Source of the DNA: Hemiscyllium ocellatum
Lineage: Eukaryota
NCBI RefSeq assembly: GCF_020745735.1
Contig: NW_026867487.1
Location: 4,233,239 to 4,297,238 of the forward strand
Direction: 5' to 3'
DNA: 64,000 nucleotides
In this document: one piece after another, positions 50,542 to 62,292 of the stretch
Position numbering within the stretch: the stretch's first letter is position 1
Layout: each line of letters opens with the position of its first letter
Made by a program: the position numbers and the translations under genes
The notes under the pieces: generated by a model
Seen by the model: only the letters and a program-made list of their open reading frames with translations
Databases searched by the model: none
What the model was told of the DNA's origin: nothing

Positions 50542-53500
50542 GGTTCTCACTGCCTTGTCAATTCTTCAGGCCGGAAACTCCTCTATCGTCGAGCCCCTTT
50601 CGAATTTGTTCCAGTCAATTACAAACAGCAAGCACTGCAGCGGTCTCTTAAAGAACACAGGGCGGAAAGGCGGGTCAGAGTTAGAACAAACGGAAGTTGA
50701 AATCAGGACTGTTGCAACACAGCTGTGAGTGAATTACCGGCTCCAGTTGAGAAGAGAAAATATGTGTCACTGCTCAGTTTTGCATCTGGAACTGCTTAAT
50801 GCTGAGAAACCTGTGACCACCCTGCCCTTTTTGCAACCAAGTAACCGAGGAACCCCTACATGGGGAGGGGATTTTAAAATGTCTAAATTCATGCAATCAT
50901 ACCATACAGCATATGCTCAATCGGCCAATGCATCTACTCTTTGAAATGAGTATCGAATTAATTCCAATCCTTACACCCTTTCCAAGTTTTATTGCTGTGA
51001 AACTTTCGTTATTTTTCCAAGTGCACTTACAATCCCACGTAGAAAATTCGAAGACCATCCAATGCTACCATCTTCTCCCTGCAGAATTAACCGATGTGAA
51101 TATGGTTCAATGCGTAATTTTGACCTTTCTCTTGATCTTTTTCCGTCTGTTCCAGAATACCTTAACAGTGAAAACAATATTGAAGATCTATTTGATCAAT
51201 CCTGTTCGTAATTTTGTGCATTTTATTAATATTTTCCTTAATTTTGAGCTTGCCTGCTTCAGTATGCTTTACTTTTTTAAAAAATTCTTCTTTACTTTTA
51301 CTATTTATCTCTCCTTTCTAATTTTCTCCCTTTTCATCAGTATCAGATTTCCGCAAATCCTGGTTTTACTTATACCTCGTTACTATCCTCTGCATGTCTT
51401 CAGACCGACTATCAAATCTATGAGTCTGATTCGGAGTTTGGGGTCATCATCAGTTGTTTGTAAATTCACTCCACCTAGTTCTCAGCAGAAAATGGTTTTT
51501 GACTGTATCAATCATAATTTCGCAGAAAACAATTTATTGCAAATTTCTCATAGTTTATTGAGTCTGTGAAGAAGCAGTAGTTTAGAGATAATGTATCAGT
51601 TAATTATGTCAAAAAAACGTATGTCCGTGACATTTGGGCTGGTTTACCAATACCAGAGGACACAATGGCCTATCGTTGAGGAATGTTTCAGTCTCTTTAT
51701 CATCGTGGAAATCACTCCCATCATGCTATCTATCCGCAGTGTGAAAGATCTACTCGCTTGGTCTTAGTCCTCTCCTTTGGTCAGTCATCCACCTGTCTGG
51801 GGAAGACTGCTTGATGAACTGCTTTCCCCTCTGCTTTGAGTCTATTCTTGATTCCTGCAATGGTCCTTGTGCACTAACTAGACCTTGCCCGCTCTTGCAC
51901 CTTTTCATTGCGGATATGGTTTCTTTAAATTTCTTGGCAACATAGTGGAAATTCTAGTGCGGAATGAGGGTTGCCAACAATAACTCTCCGACCGTTTTCA
52001 ATTCTGAGTGTCTCCGCTCTTTCTCTGAGCCTGGCACTTTGTTTAATCATATTTCGAGTAGAAGGTTAATTCTCTCTGTGCACATTAACTATCTAACGCC
52101 TTCTTTTCAATGTGTGTGGGGCAACCACTAACAAAATCAACTTATCATCATCCCAGCATCCGGTTAATGTTAGTGATAGCGCAACATGCTTTTGAAGCTT
52201 AATATTTAAACACAACATAAAGAAAATAGTGTGAAGACCTTGGGCAAAGTGATGGAATTGTTGATTGTAATTTTCCTGTTTGTTTTCATATGAAACAGTT
52301 CATTAAGATTAAGCACATTTGTTCAATAAAATCTCATGCTGAACACGAAGTGCCAGGAAAGCTCAGTTTTTTTTTTAGAAAATCTTCAAGACAGGATTGC
52401 GTTCATGAACAGAAATCAGTTCCTCATTGATTTCGCTCAAAGTGCAACCTTTTAATTAATTCCCATCGTCTTCAGTGTGTTTGCATTTGACTGTTTCAGA
52501 TGTCTTCGCAATTGCCAACAGATGGCAATGTCTGCTCACTTATGCAATATCACCATCACCCTTCTACAGAAAGACAAGTTTGAAGATTTATGAATGGGCC
52601 TGAAGGAAATGTACATCAGCCAAACAACTAGCTCGATGTAATTTTCTCCCATTCCCGGCCTGATGAATTCGGTGATCACTGTCTCTGTTTTTGGAGTTCA
52701 GCCAGAAGCCGGGGAGGAGGGGGGAGGGTGGGGGTGGTGTGGTGTTGTAACCATGACAGACACTGGTTATTGCCTTGACGATAGGAATTTGAATCTTCTT
52801 TCTAAAATCCTCAATCATCTCACCAGAACCCATTCACATTCCTGAATGATCAGTTTTGTTCTGATTCACATTCGTATACGCTGTGCCTGCTGATGGTTCT
52901 CAGAGATGAGTAGCAGGGATTCAGTGTCCCGGTCAAAATAAATTCGCATTAAATGTTGGTGATTCAGAAATACTGAATTTCTATCTCATGCATCGAGCGG
53001 CTATGACGTGTATATTACTACAATCCATATCAAGCTCCTTGGTTGCTGCTCAGAATCTAAATCTACGGTGCTAACCAGACTCTTCCCAGATTGGCATACA
53101 ATGAGGAATAGGCCAGTGTGACTGGCATCAGTGTTGATTAAGTTCTTGGAGGGATTCTGAAGAACAGAATTAACGAGGTTTGAGAAGATTTGTGGGTCAT
53201 GTTAATGTTCTGGATGTAGGTCTGCCCACTGAGCCGAAAGGTTCATTTTCAGACGTTTTGTCATCATACGAGGTAACATGGTCAGTAAGCTTCTGGATAA
53301 AGAACAGAAATTCCATGTACTCGGAATGGAAGGACTGCTCAGGGATAATCAACATAAATTTGTGCGTGAGAAATCAAAACTCAATAACTTTATTATGTCT
53401 TTTGTGATGTGACAAAGAAGATTGATGAGGTCCGGAATATAGGCCTTGGCTATCCGATCTTCAGCAAGGCTTTTGACAAGGTGAGCTGGTGAGCAAGATT

Positions 53501-56275
53501 TAATCACATGGGATGTAGCCACATCCAACTAATTGGATGCAAAACTTGATTGAAGGGAGGAGACAAACGATCTGTTCATACTTAGGGACGCCGACTCAGA
53601 ATATCAGAAATTGACCTGGCTCCTGACCATACAATTGTAAAGAAAATGATCGCATATCTGAAATGTCTGATCACCGAATCTCGTTAAAGCTGAATCACTG
53701 TAACCATTTCCTGTGAGATGGAATCTTCACGGTTAAGACCTGCAGAAATGTAGAAATTCTAAGGATGACTTTAACCAATGAACCAAACTAACAACATATG
53801 TTTTAATGCAGGAACTGCCAGAAAATGGAAGTGCGAGAAGAAACCGATTCAGGCAAAGGGAGAATGTACAAAATCCATGCAGTCACCTGAGTTTGGAATC
53901 GAACCTGACATTATGAATTGGTGCTAACCACTGAGACGTCGTGGACAAAAAAATCATGAATTTGACAAGAGCTGGCTCAGTTTTAGATATTTACCACTGA
54001 ATCTTTTTTGCGTTTCATTTTTATCACATTTATAGACTCGTAGAAGAGTTAATCTGTCATCAATAAAACGTGCTACTCGCATGCACATGCTTGGTCTGTG
54101 ATTAGATACCCTTGCAGGCAGAGGGCGAACGTGCAATCCCCACGGAGACAATCACGTGATTGCGGAATCGGACTATGATTCCTTGTGATAGAAACCATTC
54201 GGGCTCACCACTGAGCCGTTGTGCACTCCAACTCGTGACGTTAACAGGACATGGCTCAATTTTAGAGACTTACCAATGAATCTTCTTACCATTTCATTTT
54301 TGACGCTTCACTTCAGCCCGGTAAAACAGTCACACTTTCATCAATAAAACTTGCTCCTGGAATGCCAATGCTTGAAGTGCGAACAGAAACCATTCCAGGT
54401 AGAGAGCAAGTGTGCAAACTCCATGCAGACATTCGCACACGTGAGGAGTCCAACCGAAACCCGTGATCTTGTAAAGCAGCCAGGCTCTCCACTGAGCCTG
54501 ACCTTATCAGGATTTTTTTTTTAAGAGATATTTATAGTCACCTTTTCACTCATTACAAACAAAATCTTTCAAAGACGGTGTGGATCGATGGATAAGCCAA
54601 CATTTATTAACAACCTCTAACTGCCTACAGAAGGTGTTGGTGAGATGCCTTCCAGACCGCTGCTGTTTTTGGAATGTTGCAACACCCAGAGTGTTGTGGG
54701 GAAAGTGGTTCTCAGGATATAGACCCAGGGAAACTGAGCGAATGTTAATGCAGGTATGACAAGGCAGAGTACTGAATGACATGGATGGTAATTTCTGTCG
54801 AAATGATCCATAAATACCTTGTATTATAACAATGAAATTTGATGTCAATAATGAGAGAAATTCGACACCCCAATTAATCAAAACCAAGTTTAGAACACGT
54901 GTTCACCGACGCTTTACACCTAAATTGTTGTTTTACTTCTACCTGCGGAATGATATCCTTCTTTCCGCCGGAAAAGAATATACCAATTAATCCATGATCT
55001 CCAGGTTGTCGGGGAGAGAAATTGCAGCATCAGAGGTTTACAGTCATTTAATATTCACTTGATCACCATTCACGAGAACGGGGCAAGGTGGAGGGATTCC
55101 TGCTAACAACTGCTCAGCATCAGCAGAGTATGAAGAACCGGCGGGTATGCAATTGTTCAGATTAGAAAGACATTGGAGGCTAGAAAAGTAGGTAAGCGTT
55201 TTTGAACTATCTTCCATCCGATTATCATCAATCTCTAATGTCATTGAAAAGGGTTGCATGAGAAAACAGACACCAAGGCCAATTTTATTCTCACTTTAAT
55301 ATCTTTTCGCATTTTCCACACCTTCCATCCGTGTGTACTTTCCACAGATTGATATCAGAAACAAAACATTGAATATTTCGACAGCTTCATGGGATTATCA
55401 AATATACTTCTATTCAGAACATTTCTGAAGGATGTGTCAAAATGTTTTGACATGAAAAATACAGAAAATGCAATAAAATTCAACTTGTCTCTCTTGAATA
55501 CGTTCTCGTCTGCCGAAGCTCATTATACCTGCAACTCGCTGTTTGACGATTATTGATGGATGCCAGTTACAATCCAAGGCGGATTTCAAATGTAAATTTT
55601 CTGATCCTACTAGAATTGACGCCACTCTTGAAGAAATAATATTGACCGCACTGCCTGTGATCGATCCAAAAGAGGGAACGTTGAAAGCTTGGGCCCGTTG
55701 TGTGTGTGTGTGTGTGTGTGTGTATGCGCATCAGAGAACTGTGCACATGGGAGTCAGAGACTTGCAATTAATTTGCGACATCGGCTGCAACTGCTGTTTC
55801 TGTGAAGTCATTTTGTAATATTTCTGCATTTGTCTGCCAAGAAGGAACAAATACTTACTTGAACAATATGTTCAGACTTTCCACAATCCTGCCACCGCCG
55901 TCAAGTTACCGTTGGTATTGCAAATCCATGAGATGCCTTTGTCTGTGAGTGGAAGGAAAGGAGTGGAATGAAGAGAAGAGCAGACATTGGCGTCATTGAT
56001 TGGAAAAGTAACAGGAAACAGAATTGCACAGATAGATGTTAAGTTTTATTCCCACCATATTTGCTTCCGAATTTTCAGACTGATAGAAATCTGAAAATGG
56101 AACACTACTTTAGTTCTTGAGATCTGTTCTTGTCACTTCAAGAATGTGGTTTGTAATTATTCCTCTGGAGGTGAATTGTTTCTGTTCCTCGCTGTGAGAC
56201 GGCCTTCTGGTGAGCTCTAACGGGAACACTGAGAGTGGGTTTTGACGTGCTCTGCTATCTGTCTGTGCCAGTGTG

Positions 56276-56742
56276 AGGCTCATGGAACAGAAATACACAG
56301 CAGAGTCAGTGTGGAAGGCATTGTTGATCGCAAACTCGGTAATCTTCGCAGTTTTATCAAATGTCAAAGAAAAACGATCAGAGAAGTCAGGATTCCTGTT
56401 TACCATTCCACCTGTAAGCATGTAAACGACGTATTGTGGAGGTTGCCCTGGGGGCTGACTGTACCAGTAAACATAAGAATTAGTAGCACTTGTCTTCAAA
56501 TTGCAGGTGATTGTGACATTATTTCCGTTCTCACAAGTCATTTCAGGAATTGGCTGCTCCACTGTGTCTTCGTAACTGTATTCTAACAAGGATGATAACA
56601 TTATTTGAAATCACGATCATTACAGTGATTCGTTTATCAATTGTAACGTCTGGACTACAAACACCTTAGTCAGGTCTAATGGAAGGAAAGACTTACTGAG
56701 AAGTGAGACAATGATGAGGAATCGAGAAAGGCAGTTCTTCAT
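56276..56742 (-). CDS. TCR V gene segment, family 1; leader 56697-56742, V exon 56276-56582; 23-RSS 56237-56275 (CACACTG-23-TCAAAACCC)
   Basis: MKNCLSRFLIIVSLL, 114-nt intron, open V exon ending DSAVYFCSMSL; extra Cys in FR1. Confidence 0.92.
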
Positions 56743-58469
56743 GGTTCTCACTGCCTTGTCAATTCTTCAGTCCAGAAACTTCTCTATCGTCGAGCCACTT
56801 TCGAATTTGTTCCTGTCAATCACAAACAGCAAGCACTGCAGCAGTCTCTTAAATAACACAGGGTGGAAAGGCGAGTCAGAGTTAGAACAAACGGAAGTTG
56901 AAATCAGGACTGTTGCAACACTGTTCTGAGTGAACTACCTGCTTCAATTGAGAACAGAAAATATGTGTCACTGCTCAGTTTTGCATCCGGAACTGTTTCT
57001 AATCACTTCTTTTCAATTTGTGTGAGGTAGCCACTAACGACATCGGCTTATCATAATCCCAGCATCCTGTTTATGCTAGTGTTAGCGCAACATGGTTTTG
57101 AAGCTTAACATTTAAACACAACACAAAGAAAATAGTGTGCTGATGTTGGGCAACGTGATGTCATTGTTGATTGTAATTTCCCTGTTTGTTTTCATATGAA
57201 ACAGTTACTTAAGATTAAGCACATCTGTTCAATGCGATCTAATGCTGAGCACTAAGTGCCAAGAAAGCTCGGTTTTATTTAGAAAATCTTCAAGACATGG
57301 TTTCGTTCTTGAACAGAAATCAGTGCCTCAACGATTTCTCTCAAAGTGCAACCTCTTAATTATTTCCCATCGTCTTCAGTGAGTTTGCAGTTACACTTGA
57401 CTATTTCAGATGTCTTCGCAATTGCCAACAGATGGCAATGTCTGTTCACTCATGCAATATCACTACCACCCTTCTACAGAAATACAAGTTTGAAGAATTA
57501 TGAATGGGCGTGAAGGAAATGTACACCAGCTGAACAACTAGCTTCGATGAAATTTTCTCCCATTCAGGGCCTGATGAACACCCTGAAGAGGGGGGAGGGG
57601 GGTGGGTTTGTGGGGTGGTGTTGTAACCATGACAGACACTGGTTATTGCCTTGACGATAGGAATTTGAATCTGCTTTCTAAATTCCTCAGTCATCTCACC
57701 ATGAACCATTCATGTTCCTGAATGATCAGTTTTGTTCTGTTTCCCATTCGTATACGCTATGCGTGCTGTTGGTTCTCACAGATGAGTCGCAGGGATTCAG
57801 TATCCCAGTCAGAATAAAAGTAGCGTTAAATGGTGATGATTCAGCAATCCTGAATTTCTATCTCATGCATCTAACGTGTATGACTTGCATATTACTACAA
57901 TCCACATCAAGCTCCTTAGTTGCTGATCAGAATCCAAATCTATGGTGCTAACGAGACTCTTCCCAGATTGGAATACAGCAAGGAATAGACCAGTGTGACT
58001 GGCATCAGTACTAATTAAGTTCTCGGAGGGATTCTGAAGAAATTAACGATTCGCGAGGTTTGAGAAGATTTGGAGCTCATGTTAAGGTTCTGGATGTAGG
58101 TATGCCGCTGAGCCGAAAGGTTCATTTTCATTTTGTCATCATTCGAGGTAACATCGTCAGTAAGCTTCTGAATAAATGACAGAAATTCCATGTACTCGGA
58201 ATGGAAGGGCTGATCAGGGATAATCAACATAAATTTGTGCCTGAGAAATCAAAACTCACTAACCTTGTTATGTCTTTTGTGATGTGACAAAGAAGATTGA
58301 TGAGGTCCGTAATATAGGCCTTGGCTAGCTCGTCTTCAGCAAGGCTTTTCACAAGGCTTGACATGTTGGACTGGTGAGCAAGATTTAATCACGTGGGATG
58401 TAGCCCCATCCAACTAATTGGATGCAAAACTGGATTGAAGGGAGGAGACAAACGATCAGATCGTATTTA

Positions 58470-58629
58470 NNNNNNNNNNNNNNNNNNNNNNNNNNNNNNN
58501 NNNNNNNNNNNNNNNNNNNNNNNNNNNNNNNNNNNNNNNNNNNNNNNNNNNNNNNNNNNNNNNNNNNNNNNNNNNNNNNNNNNNNNNNNNNNNNNNNNNN
58601 NNNNNNNNNNNNNNNNNNNNNNNNNNNNN
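58470..58629. other. Assembly gap (160 N)
   Basis: Run of n. Confidence 1.
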
Positions 58630-59173
58630 AGAAAACTGTGCACATGGGAATCAGAGATTTGGAATGAATTTGCGACATCGTCCGCAGCTGCTGATTAAGC
58701 AAAGTCTTTTGTAATATTTCTGCCTTTGTCTGCCAAGAAGGAACAAAGACTTACCTGAATAGTATGTACCGACTAACCCCACTCCTGCCTCCGCGGTAAA
58801 ACGGAAGTTAGTATAACAAATCCATGAGATGTCTGTGTCTGTGAGTGGAAGGAACTGTGTGGAAAGATGAGAAGGGAAGACATTGGCGTCATTGATTGGA
58901 AAAGTAACAGGAAACAGAATTGCAGAGATACATGTTAAATTTTCTTCCCACCATATTTGCATCCCGAATTTTCAGACTGATAGAAATCTAAAAATGGAAC
59001 ACTACTTAACTTATTGAGATCGGTTCTTGTCACTTCAAGAATTTGCTTTGTAATTATTTCTCTGGGGGTGAATTGTTTCTCTTCCTCGCTGTGAGACTAC
59101 CTTGTCATGAGCTCGAACGGGAACAGTGAGAGTGGGTTTTTGACGGGCTCCGCTGTGTGCATGCGCCAGTGTG

Positions 59174-59640
59174 AGTCTCATGGCACAGAAATACACAGCA
59201 GAGTCAGTGTTGAAGGCATTGTTGATCGCTAACTCAGTAATTTTCGCAGTTTTATCAAATGTCAAAGAAAAACGCTCTGAGAAGTCAGGATTCCTGTTTA
59301 CCATTCCAGCTGTAAGCATGTAAACGACGTATTGTGGAGGCTGCCCTGGGGACTGACTGTACCAGTAAACACGAGGATTAGTGGTACTTGTCTTCAAATT
59401 GCAGGTGATTGTCACATTATTTCCTTCCTCAACCGTCATTTCAGGAATTGGCTGCTCCACTGTGTCTTCGTAACTGTATTCTAACAAGAATAATAACAAT
59501 ATTTGAAATCACGATCATTACAGTGATTCTCTTACTAATTGTAACGCCTGAACTACAAACACTTTATTCAGGTCTAATGGAAGGGAAGACTTACTGAGAA
59601 GTGAGACAATGATGAGGATTCGAGGAAGGCAGTTCTTCAT
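59174..59640 (-). CDS. TCR V gene segment, family 1; leader 59595-59640, V exon 59174-59480; 23-RSS 59135-59173 (CACACTG-23-TCAAAAACC)
   Basis: MKNCLPRILIIVSLL, 114-nt intron, open V exon ending DSAVYFCAMRL. Confidence 0.93.
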
Positions 59641-62118
59641 GGTTCTCACTGCCTTGGCAATTCTTCAGTCCAGAAACTCCTCTATCGTCGAGCCCCTTTC
59701 GAATTTGTTCCAGTCAATCACAAACAGCAAGCACTGCAGCAGTCTCTTAATTAACACAGGGCGGAAAGTCGGGTCAGAGTGAGAACAAACGGAAATTGAA
59801 ATCAGGACAGCTGCAACACAGCTCTGAGTGAACTGCCTGCTTCAATTGAGAACACAAAATATGTGTCACTGCTCAGTTTTGCATCCGGAACTGTTTAATG
59901 CTGAGAATTCTGCCAGCACTCTACTTTTTAGTAACAAAGTAACCGAGGAGCACGTAGATGAGGAGGGGATTTTAAAATGTCTAAATTCATGGAAACATAC
60001 CATACAGCGTATGCTCAATCTGCACATGCATCTGCTCTTTGAAAAGACTATCTCATTAATTCCAATCCTTTCGCCATTTCCACATTGCACTGCTGTGCAA
60101 ATTTCGTTATTTTTCAAAGTGCACTTACAATCCCACGTAGAAAATTCCAAGAGCATCCAATACTACCATCTTCTCACAGCAGAATTAATCGATATGAATA
60201 TGATTTAATGCTTAATTTTGACCTTTCTTTTGATCTTTTTCCGACAATTCCAGAAGTCCTTACCAATGAAAACAATATTGAAGATCTATTTTGTCAATCC
60301 TGATTGCAATTTTGTGCATCTTATTGATATCTTGCTTAATTATGATCTTGCCTGATTCAGTCTGCTTTTCTTTTTTAATTAGACTTCTTTCATTTTACTA
60401 TTTCTCTTTATTTTCTAATTTTCTCCTTTTTCATCTGTATCGGATTTCCGCTAATCCTGGTTTTACTTTTATCTCGTTCCTATCCTCTGCATGTCTTCAG
60501 ATCGACTATCAAATCTATGAGTCTGATTCGGAGTTTGGGGTCATCATCGCTTGTTTGTCAATTCACTCCACCTAGTTCTCAACAGAAAACGGTTTTTCAC
60601 TGTTTCAATCACAATTGCATGGAAAACGATTCATTGCAAATTTCTCATAGTTTATTGAGTCTATGAAGAATCAGTAGTTTAGAGATAATGCACCAGTTAA
60701 TTATGTTAAAAAAAATTATGTCCATGACATTTGGGCTGGTTTACCAATAACAGACGACACAATGGCCTATAGTTGAGGAATGTTTAAGTCTCTTTATAAC
60801 AGAGGAGATCATCCCCATTATGCTACCTATCCGCAGTGTTAAAGATATATTTCCTTGGTCTTCGTCCTCTCCTTTGGTCAGTCATCCACCTATCTGGGGA
60901 AGACTGCTTGATGAAGACTGCTTTCCCCTCTGCTTTGAGTCTATTCTTGATCCCTGCAATAGTCCTTCCGCACTAACTTGACCTTGCCCGCTCTTGCACC
61001 TTTTCATTGCGGATATGGTTTCTTTAAATTTCTTGACAACATAGTGGACATTCTAGTGCAGAATGAGGTTAGCCAACAATAACGCTCTGAGCGTCTTCAA
61101 TGCTGAATGTCTCCGCTCTTTCTCTGAGCCTGGCACTTTGTTTAATCATATTTCAAGGAGAAGGTTAATTCTCTCTGTGCACATTAATTATCTAAACGCT
61201 TCTTTTCAATGTGCATGTGGTAGCCACTAACGACATCGGCTTATCATCATCCCAGCATCTGGTTTATGTTGGTGCTACCGCAACATGCTTTTGAAGCTTA
61301 ACATTTAAACACAACACAAAGAAAATAGTGTGCTGATGTTGGGCAAAGTGATGTAATTGTTGATTATAATTTCCCTGTTTGTTTTCATATGAAACAGTTC
61401 TTTAAGATTAAGCACATCTGTTCAATACAATCTCATGCTGAACACTAAGTGCCAAGAAAGCTCAGTTTTGTTTTAGAAAATCTTCAAGACAGGGTTTCGT
61501 TCATGAACAGAAATCAGTGCCTCAACGATTTCTCTCAAAGTGCAACCTCTTAATTATTTCCCATCGTCTTCAGTGTGTTTTCAGTTGCATTTGACTGTTT
61601 CAGATGTCGTCGCAATTGCCAACAGATGGCAACGTCTGTTCACTTATGCAATATCACTATCAACCTTCTACAGAAAGACAAGTTTGAAGATTTATGAGTG
61701 AGCCTGGAGGAAATGTACACCAGCTGAACAATTAGCTTCGATGTAATTTTCTCCCATTCAGGGCCTGATGAAGGCAGTGATCACTGTCTCTGTTTCTGGA
61801 GTTCGGACAGAAGCCGGGGATGAGGGGGGAGGGTGGTGATGGTGTGGGGTGGTGTTGTAACCATGACAGACACTGATTATTGCCTTGATGACACGAATTT
61901 GAATCTGCTTTCTAAATTCCGCAGTCATCTCAGCATAACACATTCACGTTCCTGAATGATCAGTTTTGTTCTGTTTCCCATTCGTATACGCTATGCGTGC
62001 TGTTGGTTCTCAGAGATGAGTAGCAGGGATTCAGTATCCCAGTCAGAATAAAAGTAGCGTTAAATAGTGATGAATCAGCAATCCTGAATTTCTATTTCAT
62101 GCATCTCGCGTGTATGAT

Positions 62119-62292
62119 TTCGTAACTGAATTACAACAAGAATAATAACAACATTTGAAATCACGATCATTACAGTGATTCTTTTATTAATTGTAACGTC
62201 TGGACTACAAACAATGTAGTCAGGTCTTGTGGAAGGGAAGACTTACTGAGAAGTGAGACAATCATGAGGAGTCAAGAAAGGCAGTTCTTCAT
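62119..62292 (-). pseudogene. Leader-only V relic (leader 62247-62292); V exon and RSS deleted
   Basis: ATG AAG AAC TGC CTT TCT TGA (stop at codon 7). Intron kept, acceptor mutated, and only about 13 nt of V exon remain before the sequence jumps to the previous unit's flank. Confidence 0.9.

Noticed and set aside
50913-51569. 218-aa hydrophobic ORF
   Set aside because: T-rich low-complexity flank; the frame is not kept in the 60 kb and 63 kb copies.
17493-59499. NAR-TCR cassette (NAR V-D-J plus leaderless supporting V-delta)
   Set aside because: All intact V genes have their own leaders; no NAR-type V, D or J segment was seen.
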